64,000 bases of DNA, from assembly GCA_965214775.1 (NCBI GenBank), contig OZ243974.1:608001-672000 (forward strand). The letters are read 5' to 3'. The stretch is from Nitrosopumilus sp. GTDB lineage: Archaea > Thermoproteota > Nitrososphaeria > Nitrososphaerales > Nitrosopumilaceae. The stretch's first letter is position 1; each line of letters begins with the position of its first letter. The position numbers were made by a program, and so were the translations under genes. Shown piece by piece: positions 35,841-45,181 of this stretch. The notes beneath the pieces are model-generated. The model did no database searches, was not told where the DNA came from, and worked only from the letters and a program-made list of their open reading frames with translations.

Positions 35841-38729
35841 TCAGTCCTTCTTCTGAGGATCCGGGCTCCTGCCGCCGTCCCTTTTTGCAGATATCCCGGG
35901 AATGAGGCACGCCACCCGGTCTATCACATTCTTCATTGCCCATCCCGGCCCCGACATCCTGTACAGCACGATGGCGCTTCCTGCAAGCAGCGGTGCGGCA
36001 ACCATAACCATCAGGTACGTGTAATCGGTCCTGTATATGGCAGTTATCTCCATGTTCTCTTCTGCTGCAAACGTTGCTGTGGCAGAGCCGTGCTCCAGCC
36101 CGTCCCACCTCTCAAAGACCTCGCGCACCAGAAACGAGGCAACGTGCCTTTCGGGCGCGCTGACTGTCACTGCCTGGCCCACACCGTACACTCCGGAGCC
36201 CTCCCCGTCAAATACGGTTATCAGCACCTCCTGGCGGTACACGGCAGTTATCGCAATGTCCCCGTCCGGCTCCAGTGACAGCACGTTGTTGCGGTATGTC
36301 GTCTCGCCGTTTACCACTGCATGATCAAAGGAGTATCCCCCGGTATCAGAGGAGTGGTGCTCGGGGAACTTGACTTTCACGGTTCCCGGCCGGAACTCCG
36401 TATGGTACGGGGGCCCGACGACTGCCGAGTCCGGGCCCGCGGTAACCGTGAACATCGGATGTATCCGCATGCCGCCCGAGTCCGTGACGTCGACGTCCAT
36501 GAGGTATATGTGGAGTATCTGCAGCTCTGCAGACAGCATGACCGGCTCGTACCCGGGCCTGGTCGCAAGTATGCTTACGGTGGACTCGCCCTCGCTGTCT
36601 GCGGTTATCACGAATACCGAGTCAGAGACGCGCTCAAAGGGCTGCCTCGTGTCTATCGAGTACTGCGCGTCAATGTCGTTCAGTACCTCGATGCGCGCCG
36701 TCTCCCCCACCCTGAGCCTGTCGCGATCCACGTCAAGCTCCGCGCGCATTATATTGGCAAACCCCGATATCCGTGAAGCGTCGGCCCCGGCGCCCGATAT
36801 CGCAGACACGTTTCCAGCGCCGGACTCGCGCAGCACCATGTGCGCGCCTGCGGACAGCTCAAGCGGTGTAGATATCCTTACAGAGTCTGCCTTTCGTATG
36901 GGGATGCCCGCCTTGTCTGTCTCGTGTACCACAAACGGAAACTCCTCGCCGATATGCACGGATTCTGGCAGCAGCAGCTCAAGGGAGGTCGCCACCCCCG
37001 CAGGAATGATCTCGGAGCTTGCCGATCCCACGCCGTCAAGTATCGCCGTGATCTGCGCCGGCCCGTCCAACATTCCGTCCAGTATGGCAGAGCCCGAGTG
37101 GACAGGCGGGATCGGGCCCGAGCTTATGCTCCCGGGCGCCACGACGTAGATCTCTGCGTCCCTTCCAAGGATCTCTGCTGCGTCTATCAGCGCGCCGTCC
37201 CCGTCGACTACAGATATCATGGCAAGGTCCTGCCACGTGTCGCCAAGCACCGGGAGCGCCGATATGCCGAGCTGGAACCTGCTGCCGTGCGGCTCGGTGA
37301 CGTTTACCTGCGACGATGCAGACTCGAGTCCCTGTCCGGAAAGCGACATCTCGTAGCTTCCGGTGCCGGTCCCCGTGATCTCAAACTCGGCGGCGTTTGT
37401 GGGCATTATACCGTGTGCCATTACAAGGGCGTCCGCGTGCTCCAGCCCGTATGGCGAGGAGACATAGACCGTCCTGCCGTCGGTCTCGACTGGCGCAAGT
37501 ATCATGTCCTCGGAGATGACCGTCTCCAGACCACCCGACTCGTCCAGCCTTGCGTCAAGATACCTGTCCCTGTCTACGCTGTATGTGGCTGCAACCCCCC
37601 ACGCGGCCCCGTCGGTGACCTCGGGATATATCCACGACCGTATGAGGTTGGCCTCCGGATCCCCCTCCTCCTCCTTCTCCTGCCCTTCCGATATCATGTA
37701 TGCGTGTCTCCCGTCGATGTCGTCGTGCATGCCGTCAAGCCTGGCGGCCCCGACAAACATCATGTCCTGCCCCATGCCGAGCTCCGGTATAGTTGCAGAT
37801 ATGACGGCATGGCCGGCAGAGCCCGTGTATATCATCCCGCGTGCGACTCCGTCGACCAGGGTTACGGCAAGCCCGTCAGAGTCAAAGGCCGGGCCGGCGT
37901 GCGTCCTTGCGACGCCGTGGTTGTCCGAGTGCAGAAACGCCCTTGCCGTGCCCGGCGGCTTGAGGGGGGCGCCGTCCTTTTCAAGCCAGACGTAATAGTA
38001 CGCAAAAGAGTCCGGCATCGCGATGTCCGGCGCGATCCCGACTCTCACCGTCACCCCCTCCCGGATCCTCTGCATCTCGGCGTGATCCGGCTGCAGCCCG
38101 GCGGCGCTTGCAACTATCTTGCCTGACCCCTCAGTATCCATGTAAAACGAGTCATAGAACGTGCCGTTGGCAATGTGCACGCCGGAAGGCACCTGAACTG
38201 ATCCCGATGCGGCAAGCGTGACCCAGATTGCCTCGTCCAGTATGGCCGGGAGGCCGTGCTCGTCTACGACTGCTATGTATCCGATCATGGAATCGGCGCG
38301 GGTGGCGTTGGCAGGCAGGACCAGCTGCAGCCTTGCGGGGGAGGCAGTCTCAGGGTATACCGTGCTGTCTGCGGAATGGAGAGCCCCGTGTACTGTAGCA
38401 AAGACCTCGACGGGGCCGCCGCCGTCGCCTGCAGGCGTCATCTCAAATATGCCGTGGTTGTGCAGCGAAGGTATGTACAGGCTCTGCGGCATTCCCAGAT
38501 CCCCGCTTGAGGAGAGCAGTACCAGGGATCCGCCGGGAGAGGCCTCGGGCAGGATCACTATTCCATGATAGGTCTGCCCCGCAATCATGTGGTGCGGGAC
38601 CCACAGTACCTCCCCGTATACGACGGCCATGGGGGCCGCACCACACAGCAGCAGCAGCGGTATTGCCGCAAGTACCGTTCCCTGCACAGTCATCTGCCTG
38701 CAAAAAGATACCATGGATTCAAGCCTCAC
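35841..38729 (-). CDS. Large secreted multi-Ig-domain surface protein with C-terminal TM anchor
   Basis: Signal peptide; acidic beta-rich repeats; GSGVYGVGQAVTVSAP...FERWDG repeat-type domain; TM helix. Confidence 0.8.
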   Translation of the reverse strand: MRLESMVSFCRQMTVQGTVLAAIPLLLLCGAAPMAVVYGEVLWVPHHMIAGQTYHGIVILPEASPGGSLVLLSSSGDLGMPQSLYIPSLHNHGIFEMTPAGDGGGPVEVFATVHGALHSADSTVYPETASPARLQLVLPANATRADSMIGYIAVVDEHGLPAILDEAIWVTLAASGSVQVPSGVHIANGTFYDSFYMDTEGSGKIVASAAGLQPDHAEMQRIREGVTVRVGIAPDIAMPDSFAYYYVWLEKDGAPLKPPGTARAFLHSDNHGVARTHAGPAFDSDGLAVTLVDGVARGMIYTGSAGHAVISATIPELGMGQDMMFVGAARLDGMHDDIDGRHAYMISEGQEKEEEGDPEANLIRSWIYPEVTDGAAWGVAATYSVDRDRYLDARLDESGGLETVISEDMILAPVETDGRTVYVSSPYGLEHADALVMAHGIMPTNAAEFEITGTGTGSYEMSLSGQGLESASSQVNVTEPHGSRFQLGISALPVLGDTWQDLAMISVVDGDGALIDAAEILGRDAEIYVVAPGSISSGPIPPVHSGSAILDGMLDGPAQITAILDGVGSASSEIIPAGVATSLELLLPESVHIGEEFPFVVHETDKAGIPIRKADSVRISTPLELSAGAHMVLRESGAGNVSAISGAGADASRISGFANIMRAELDVDRDRLRVGETARIEVLNDIDAQYSIDTRQPFERVSDSVFVITADSEGESTVSILATRPGYEPVMLSAELQILHIYLMDVDVTDSGGMRIHPMFTVTAGPDSAVVGPPYHTEFRPGTVKVKFPEHHSSDTGGYSFDHAVVNGETTYRNNVLSLEPDGDIAITAVYRQEVLITVFDGEGSGVYGVGQAVTVSAPERHVASFLVREVFERWDGLEHGSATATFAAEENMEITAIYRTDYTYLMVMVAAPLLAGSAIVLYRMSGPGWAMKNVIDRVACLIPGISAKRDGGRSPDPQKKD

Positions 38730-40933
38730 ATGCTGGTGTTTATGCTGGCATGCCGTATGGATGCAGTGGCCGAGGCGCGCCCGTGCTGCGCATGCTCGTG
38801 AAACCCGGGGGGCAGCGGCGGCACGCTTCCGTGCGCCTCTATCTGGTTGTAAAAGTAAAACTCTACAAAGTCAGCAGCCTCGACTGGAACAGACATGGAG
38901 TCAAAGACCAGTATGTCCGGATACGAGAATCGCGCCGTGTGAAACGTGGAGTGGCTCCCGCCGGCGCCGGACCGGTGGGACTCATCAGGTGTATCGCTGA
39001 AGAATATCTGCGTCTGCCCCCTGCCGTCGATCTCGCGCAGCTGGCCGTTGACGTACACCTCTATCCACAGCGTCAGCGGATCCCTTGGCCGCGGCGGGGG
39101 CGGGGGCGGCGGGGTGTTCTCAAAGTACGTCCTCGTGTTGGTAATCTCCGAGACGCCGGAGATCTCGGCCCTCACGTGCGCCTTCATGCTGCCGTCCGTC
39201 GGGGCCACCGCATACGCGACTATTCCCGCAGTGGACCGGATGCCGTCGACAAACCTGTCCTGCGATACCGAGATCGTGCTCGATACCGGATCGGTGATCC
39301 TCAGGCCGGTCCCGCCCAGCACGTCTGCTATTCCAAGGTACGCGTCCGCCCCGTTTATCGACATGGATATGCCCCCGTATGTGGGAATCACCGGGATCAG
39401 CAGCGAGTCGCCGCCCGAGTAGCTGCCGTCAAGATACGGCAGCGCAAGGGCGTCAAGCGACGTGCCGTTTATCGTTACGGTGCCTGTCACCGGCATCTTG
39501 ACGTATGCGTGGACCGTGTACACGGTGTCCTCGGCGCCTCCTCCTCCTGCCGCCACGACAAAGGACTCGGAGTTTGCGTGATCCATGACGATCATCCCTG
39601 TATCATCGCCTGCGTCCGTATGTACTAGGGCGCCCCGGTACAGGTGCAGTGCCAGCTCCTCGCTCTGGACGGGCGTCGAGAACGACCCGACTGTTATTGC
39701 TCCGTCTGATATGCCGGCAGATACGGTGTCTGCGCCGCTGGTAATCCTGTATGCGGTGCCGTCGGGGACTCCCCCGACACTGACAAAGTCGGCATCAGAT
39801 ATCGTATGCGCCCATATCCTGGAGGACTCTTCGCCGCCGGTGCTGTCGACTACCAGGTACGCGTCGCGCAGGCCGCCAAACTCCGCATCAAAGGCGCCGG
39901 CAAGTGGGGGCCCGGCCTGCCGGACAGGGAGCGTGTCATGTATGGTATGCTCAAAGCCCGTCACCCTGTTGTAGTGCGTGATGAGCGTCTTGGCGCCGGG
40001 CCTCTTTATCGAGTTCGTATCCATGGTCCACGGATCCGTTGTGTCTCCCGTGACTGCGTGATAGCCGCTCGGGTGGGCCTGCACGATCAGGTGGGCAGGC
40101 GTGCTTATCTCGTGGGAGCCCGTCTGCACGTATCTTCCCTTGCAGCACTTGCCATGATATACGGTCAGGGAGGCCTCCTGAACGAACTCAAAGACTGCGG
40201 ACTTTACCGAGTCGTCCACGGATCCCACCAGCACCTCGAGCCCGCTTGTTCCGGGATCTGCTGCCATGCTATGTATCAGGAACCCCTCGCCCGTATGCGG
40301 GATTGCCATCAGATCGTACGGGGAATGAACAACCCTCATCACCGTATCGCCGCCTGCCTGGCCCCGCATGTGGATCTGCTCGGTCGTATTGTGCAGCCGA
40401 AGTATGATCCGTCCCTCCCCTGACAGCGTTATGCCGTCATCGTCTGCCACCACGCTGACGCTGCCATGAACGGTGCGGGAGTCTGCGTATCCGAGTATGT
40501 TTGCAGGCTCTGCGGTTCTGCGCTCAAGTACGCCGCCTGCAAGCTCGTACCTCGAGTACGCGTCGGGGATCGGATACGAGTCGGCGCCGTCCTCCTCAAG
40601 TATCGCGACAAACCGGGTGTTGGACGGAACCGCAGTATACGGCCTCAGCGACTCCTCGGTGCCCGTCGCACCCGGGCCGTGGATCATGGTGCCGGCCACG
40701 CCGTGGTGCACAAGCCGCGAGTTTATTCCGAGCCCGCCTATCATGGGGTTGCTGCCCCCGTCGTCGTCTGCCGCATCCGGCCCCCGTGGCGGATCCATGT
40801 CTGCAACAAAGACGTTTCCCCTGGATGTCACTATCTCTATGGTCTCCCCGTATGCTGTTGTTGCTGTTGCTGCTGCCGCCGCAAGGCAGCAGACCGACGC
40901 CAGGACTGCGGCCATGCACAGGATGTGGATCAT
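38726..40933 (-). CDS. Large secreted adhesin-like protein
   Basis: Signal peptide; IVTSRGNVF pilin-like motif near the N-terminus; poly-Pro linker; 4-nt overlaps with neighbours. Confidence 0.78.
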   Translation of the reverse strand: MIHILCMAAVLASVCCLAAAAATATTAYGETIEIVTSRGNVFVADMDPPRGPDAADDDGGSNPMIGGLGINSRLVHHGVAGTMIHGPGATGTEESLRPYTAVPSNTRFVAILEEDGADSYPIPDAYSRYELAGGVLERRTAEPANILGYADSRTVHGSVSVVADDDGITLSGEGRIILRLHNTTEQIHMRGQAGGDTVMRVVHSPYDLMAIPHTGEGFLIHSMAADPGTSGLEVLVGSVDDSVKSAVFEFVQEASLTVYHGKCCKGRYVQTGSHEISTPAHLIVQAHPSGYHAVTGDTTDPWTMDTNSIKRPGAKTLITHYNRVTGFEHTIHDTLPVRQAGPPLAGAFDAEFGGLRDAYLVVDSTGGEESSRIWAHTISDADFVSVGGVPDGTAYRITSGADTVSAGISDGAITVGSFSTPVQSEELALHLYRGALVHTDAGDDTGMIVMDHANSESFVVAAGGGGAEDTVYTVHAYVKMPVTGTVTINGTSLDALALPYLDGSYSGGDSLLIPVIPTYGGISMSINGADAYLGIADVLGGTGLRITDPVSSTISVSQDRFVDGIRSTAGIVAYAVAPTDGSMKAHVRAEISGVSEITNTRTYFENTPPPPPPPRPRDPLTLWIEVYVNGQLREIDGRGQTQIFFSDTPDESHRSGAGGSHSTFHTARFSYPDILVFDSMSVPVEAADFVEFYFYNQIEAHGSVPPLPPGFHEHAQHGRASATASIRHASINTSM

Positions 40934-41271
40934 TGCGCATCCTCCGGGTTTAGCAGTTCCGCATCAAGCGGCACCTCCAGGCCCCGTGCAGGCGCAATCG
41001 TGCTGTCGGTCTTTTCCCGGTGTGTCATATGGCCGTCATCGTCCAGTATGCGGATCTCCATTATGCGCACCGGCACGGAGCCCGGATTCTCCAGCGTGAT
41101 CCGGCCGCCCCCGTACGCGGCATCCAGCTCCTCGCGCGTCCGCTCTGACTGCATCTCTGCGATCCTCTCGGCCGTCTGCGAGTACCGCAGCTGATCCCCA
41201 GAAAACGACACGATCATGCCTGCGGCAAGCAGCGATACGGTCACCACGCCGACTATCACCAGTGGGTTCAT
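40930..41271 (-). CDS. Archaeal pilin-fold protein without a charged leader
   Basis: MNPLVIVGVVTVSLL; SERTREEL and ITLENPGSVPVRIMEIRI motifs; TAAATA 26 nt upstream. Confidence 0.72.
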   Translation of the reverse strand: MNPLVIVGVVTVSLLAAGMIVSFSGDQLRYSQTAERIAEMQSERTREELDAAYGGGRITLENPGSVPVRIMEIRILDDDGHMTHREKTDSTIAPARGLEVPLDAELLNPEDAQ

Positions 41272-41385
41272 TGCATACATAATGTGGGTTCTATTTAGGG
41301 GCCGCAAGGAGGTTCCCCCCGTCCCGGATTCCGGGCATGCCCGTACCAGGATCGCGTCAGATCCGGTGCAGAAGGGATGATCTTG

Positions 41386-41507
41386 TCCCGCAGGTGGACT
41401 ACAGTCGCCGACGTCCGGGACAAAATGTTCCCGCAGGTGGGCTACAGTCGCCGACGTCCGGGACAAAATGTTCCCGCAGGTGGGCTACAGTTGCCGACGT
41501 CCGGGAC
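41386..41507. repeat. Tandem array of a 43-bp unit (tcccgcaggtgggctacagtcgccgacgtccgggacaaaatgt), about 3 copies
   Basis: Units start at 41386, 41429 and 41472. Confidence 0.95.
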
Positions 41508-41565
41508 GCTTTTGGAATTGTATTGTGGCCGTCCGGATTCGGCCCTTGGTGTTTTAGGAAAATCC

Positions 41566-42255
41566 TCACTGCCCCCTGCCCGAGGAGAACTCGGACAGCG
41601 TAAATGCAAATGCCAGGGATGGATCGTCAAGCGTTGCGCGCGGGTCATACACGGATGCGGACACGGGGAGCCCCAGGGATTCGGACACCGCAAAGGAGCT
41701 TGACCTGAACACCCAGTATTCCAAGATTGATACGTCCAGGATGTCGTCGCCCACGTGAGCCGTATCGTGGGACGCGACATGGAGTTCGGAGGACCCCAGC
41801 GACGAGGGAACCTCGCCCCAGACACTGCCCACCCCGATATTCTTCTCGCCGTACGACGGGGCAAACTGTGAAAGATAAAAGACGGTGTTCTCCACGGAGC
41901 GCGCATGTGCCGAGCCCGCATGATCCGTACTGATCCTCATCGTGTCCGAGTCAATAAGGAATATGTGGTGTGTCGTGTCGTGGCTGCTGCTGCCGTCCGT
42001 TATCTCGGCCTGCACCACCCATGTATCGCCCGCAGGGGACAGGAGCTCCGCGTAAAAGTCAAGGCGTATCGCATAGCACGAGCCGCCGTCCCTGAAGTGT
42101 ACCGCGTCGCACACGTCATACACGAAATAGTCTCCGGGCACCAGGTCCTCGCCCACATGCCATGTCTGCCTGTCATGTTCTTCAAGAAACGAGTCTATGC
42201 CGCCGGCGTATGCAATGTAAACCAGGGCGGCGGCCAGCATGACGTTCACGAACAC
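41566..42255 (-). CDS. Secreted/membrane-anchored hypothetical protein
   Basis: N-terminal hydrophobic helix; TWHVGEDLVPGDYFVYDVC beta-rich domain. Confidence 0.72.
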   Translation of the reverse strand: MFVNVMLAAALVYIAYAGGIDSFLEEHDRQTWHVGEDLVPGDYFVYDVCDAVHFRDGGSCYAIRLDFYAELLSPAGDTWVVQAEITDGSSSHDTTHHIFLIDSDTMRISTDHAGSAHARSVENTVFYLSQFAPSYGEKNIGVGSVWGEVPSSLGSSELHVASHDTAHVGDDILDVSILEYWVFRSSSFAVSESLGLPVSASVYDPRATLDDPSLAFAFTLSEFSSGRGQ

Positions 42256-42272
42256 AAGAAAAAAGAAATGAT

Positions 42273-42464
42273 TTAAAGATCCGATTTTTCATCTCCGATC
42301 CAGATGGTCCAGTCGCCCATCTTTTTTGTGTCATCAATGATTATGATCTTGCAGTGCCTGCATGCCCGGCATGGGAGCCGGATTCTACGTCTCTTGGATC
42401 CCCTGGCAAGAATGACCGGGGTGCTGATAGAGCCCGTCTCGCACGATGGGCACCGCTCAATCAT
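42273..42464 (-). CDS. Small zinc-finger protein
   Basis: CPSC...CRHC. Confidence 0.65.
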   Translation of the reverse strand: MIERCPSCETGSISTPVILARGSKRRRIRLPCRACRHCKIIIIDDTKKMGDWTIWIGDEKSDL

Positions 42465-42489
42465 GTCCTTGACATTTCCTTTTATTCAT

Positions 42490-42510
42490 CGTACCGTAAA
42501 GTACGGTACG
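42490..42510. promoter_or_regulatory. Second copy of the palindromic operator (cgtaccgta-aag-tacggtacg)
   Basis: 22/24 identical to 15073-15096. Confidence 0.7.
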
Positions 42511-42640
42511 GACAATAAAAAGTTTTTTGGGCAGATCCGGATGGCGGGCAGGGGCACGTCAGAGACGTGGTTCACAATCAAGGGCCGCGCAGATGCCAGG
42601 GTTTTTTTTGGGCTTTAAAGTAGCGCATTTTTTTTACGTC

Positions 42641-42808
42641 ATGTCAGAGGCAAAGGGACTGTTGCAGGAGCTGGCAGTCGAGATGATACGGGAGATCAGG
42701 CTGCACGGCGCCCGCAAGAGGCCGCGGTTCCCCGGATACTGCAGGTTCCCCGAGGGCCTCGACTGCGCTCCCCCGTTTTTTCAGACAGGCAGGATACTGC
42801 AGGACTGA
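42641..42808 (+). CDS. Small hypothetical protein (55 aa)
   Basis: ATG 42641 with TTTAAA 27 nt upstream. Confidence 0.5.
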   Translation: MSEAKGLLQELAVEMIREIRLHGARKRPRFPGYCRFPEGLDCAPPFFQTGRILQD

Positions 42809-42952
42809 ACACTAAAATTTAAGCGACTGAAGGACGTAATCTGACTCATGCATCTTCCAAGGATGCATGGATATGTGCAGGTCAGAGATATCACACGGGC
42901 TTGCAGTACAAGCCTATAGTCCTTCTTCCTTTTCTTTTTTTGTAAAACGCGC

Positions 42953-43729
42953 CTATTTTTTACAAAACAGGCTAATCGAAGGTAGGTTGTTCGTCAGAGT
43001 CTCCGACATGATCTCGACATCAGAAAACCCCACATCGTGGATCAGCCGAAACAGCTCGTCTCGGAACGGCCAAAAGGAATGCGTGTCGAAGCCGGATCCC
43101 GGATGCTCCAAAGATCCCTCGCCGTAAAGGCCGCCTCGGTATTTTATTCCATTAAAATCAACGTGAGAGACTTACTGTACATGTTCCGGAAGAAGGTAGT
43201 GCGTGTTTATCAGCGCATGAGACGTGACGGAGGGAATTTGTTGCAAAACGTCTTGCGGGTTAAGTAGATGGTACAGCAAGCCGCTGCACAGACAAAAGTC
43301 AAACATTCCGAATTTTTCCAAGTCGGGTTTCCGTAGATCCTCCAGGTAAAATCTTACGCCCTTGGCATCCAAGATGTTTTTCAGCATGCATGATTTCACG
43401 TAATTGGCAACTCTTCCCTCAAGGCCTACTACCGTGGCCCCCAGCCTGGAAAGGAGAAAGGAATGGCCGCCTTCGTGAGAGCCAAGCTCAAGCACTCGCT
43501 TGTTCTTCAAGGGAAACACGCCTTTTAACTTCTCAATGATATGATCAGTATGCTGGTGGGTCAGCTTGCCCGTTGTGGACAGGCCGTTTACTGTAAACTT
43601 GGTATCCCAGACGTCGAAAAAATCAAAGGCCAGTTGTAGCGATTCCTTTCTGTGAAGCGCATAGTCAAAACTCCCCTCTCCGAACGAATCCGTGATCATG
43701 TCAACCAGACCCCCCCCCCAATTTAACAC
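42953..43729 (-). pseudogene. Class I SAM-dependent methyltransferase with an in-frame TAA at 43172-43174
   Basis: VLELGSHEG and CSGLLYHL motifs; same frame continues 72 codons past the stop (…SFWPFRDELFRLIHDVGFSDVE…) to TAG 42953. Confidence 0.8.
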
Positions 43730-43752
43730 TTTTAGATGGCTGTTCGCAACCG

Positions 43753-44150
43753 CATGTGTCTCAGAGACAAAATTCGGATGATGCCAGAAAAGGGCAGCGC
43801 AAGCAAACAGACTGCCGCAAAAAGGACGACACGCGTGAAATCAAAGGCGGTGCAGCAGCAGAGGGCTGGTTCGGAGTTGGCAGGTTCGGATCAACGTGTG
43901 TAGACAGATTTGCATTGAATCGATTAGAACGCCTGCAAGCGAAAAGTCATCCGTATGTAAAATTACTCGGCAGGCGTACGGAAAAGTCAGGGCAACGATT
44001 CGGACGGCTTCTGACTTCGGATCGCCTCCCAGCAAGGACAGGCAAGGCGCGCCCTCTGCACAAAGAAGGCCTTCAGTACGCTTGACGATCCTGGGCATCC
44101 GGTACGATCCCCGTCTGATGAAAGGGAATCGCCTCCGGCTAAAATGTTCA
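43753..44150 (+). mobile_element. Internally deleted IS110 derivative: transposase 5' end plus about 290 bp non-coding
   Basis: 43753-43860 aligns by eye to the first ~110 nt of the IS110 gene starting at 27527 (gtgtctca(a/g)a(a/g)acaaaattc…cgtgaaatcaaag…cagcagcag). Confidence 0.6.
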
Positions 44151-44151
44151 G

Positions 44152-44457
44152 CTATTTGATGGGCCAGCTATGATCTATTTCGCTTTCTTCTTTTGTAAGT
44201 CGCAGCTTCCTGGCCTTTAGCTTTACGCTCTCCTTTGTTTCTTGATCCCTGTACCATACGGTAACCCCTGCAACCAGTCCAAGCAGGGTACATCCCTTGT
44301 CTTGGGTGCAGATTCCGCAGTCATTATTTTCTGCATATTCGATGATGTCTTTGTCAGAAGCCCCTACGCCGATTTTGTCTGTGACGTTTTCCAGGTTCTT
44401 GTGATCATCCAGGAATTTTTTATCCTTTGACAGGTTTTCGTCCACCAGAAATCTCAT
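44152..44457 (-). CDS. PIN-like domain protein (DUF5615/Mut7-C type)
   Basis: MRFLVDENL...SDKDII...TQDK. Confidence 0.8.
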   Translation of the reverse strand: MRFLVDENLSKDKKFLDDHKNLENVTDKIGVGASDKDIIEYAENNDCGICTQDKGCTLLGLVAGVTVWYRDQETKESVKLKARKLRLTKEESEIDHSWPIK

Positions 44458-44536
44458 GCACCGGAGTAAGACTGTGGCAGTATTAAGGATTTACAGATGT
44501 GGCATATGTGGGGACGCGTCGCTTACCGTAGCACCA

Positions 44537-44617
44537 ACATCAAAAAATGGAATATAATTTTGACACGTCGTGCCTACTTCGCCAAAAAAATATTCGATTT
44601 TCAACTGCATGCACTAC
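44537..44617. repeat. Dispersed ~80-bp element, inverted copy at 59985-60066
   Basis: aaaaaatggaata..attttgacac.tcgtgccta.tt.gccaaaaaaa.attc.atttt.aa.tgca.gcac shared between copies. Confidence 0.75.
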
Positions 44618-44791
44618 GGGCTGACATAAAGGCCGCAATCACATGCAGTATCGCATCCAGCTGGTTGGGGGGCAGGTGGCCACATGCAAACGTCGCGTTG
44701 GATTTCCAAGACGCCAGACGCAGTCAATCATCATGGCTGTATTTTTTCAAATCCCGTCTTTGCTTTTAACAAAACAGTCCCTTGTAGGCAG

Positions 44792-45181
44792 ATGAAAGAC
44801 GAGGCAGCCATGCTCAGGGAATCGCTCAGGGAGGAGCTTGACAGGCTCAAGAGGGTAAGCGGCGCAAACGCAGACCTTGAGGTCCTATGGGTTCCAAGGG
44901 CCGACTCTGCAAAGGAGGGCGAGGTCGTAGGAAGCAGGATCTACATCTACTCTACGAGCTTTGCAGACGCCCTGGAGACCCTGCGGCATGAGTTCCTTGA
45001 TGCCATAGTGTGCGGTGCCACGGCCCCGTATGTCGAGCTGGTCAACGCGCTGCTCTCCGTGATATCCGAAAGGGCGTACCGGAAAAAGGAGGATGTAGTA
45101 GAGTCGCTAGCCGGAATGGCCGGGAGCCCCCGCAGGATCCGCGCCAGTGCCGCGCCTGAGAAGGATCTTGCCGCTGTTTAG
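44792..45181 (+). CDS. Zincin-like (ImmA/IrrE-like) protein with degenerate HExxH
   Basis: GEVVGSRIYIY...ALETLRHEFLD; converges on the integrase. Confidence 0.55.
   Translation: MKDEAAMLRESLREELDRLKRVSGANADLEVLWVPRADSAKEGEVVGSRIYIYSTSFADALETLRHEFLDAIVCGATAPYVELVNALLSVISERAYRKKEDVVESLAGMAGSPRRIRASAAPEKDLAAV

Noticed and set aside
41337-41921. ORFs spanning the 43-bp repeat
   Set aside because: Repeat-derived translations; the pilin-like gene starts at 41271.
43172-43174. Stop-codon recoding (Sec/Pyl) in the methyltransferase
   Set aside because: The codon is TAA, which is not recoded; a nonsense mutation or base error is simpler.
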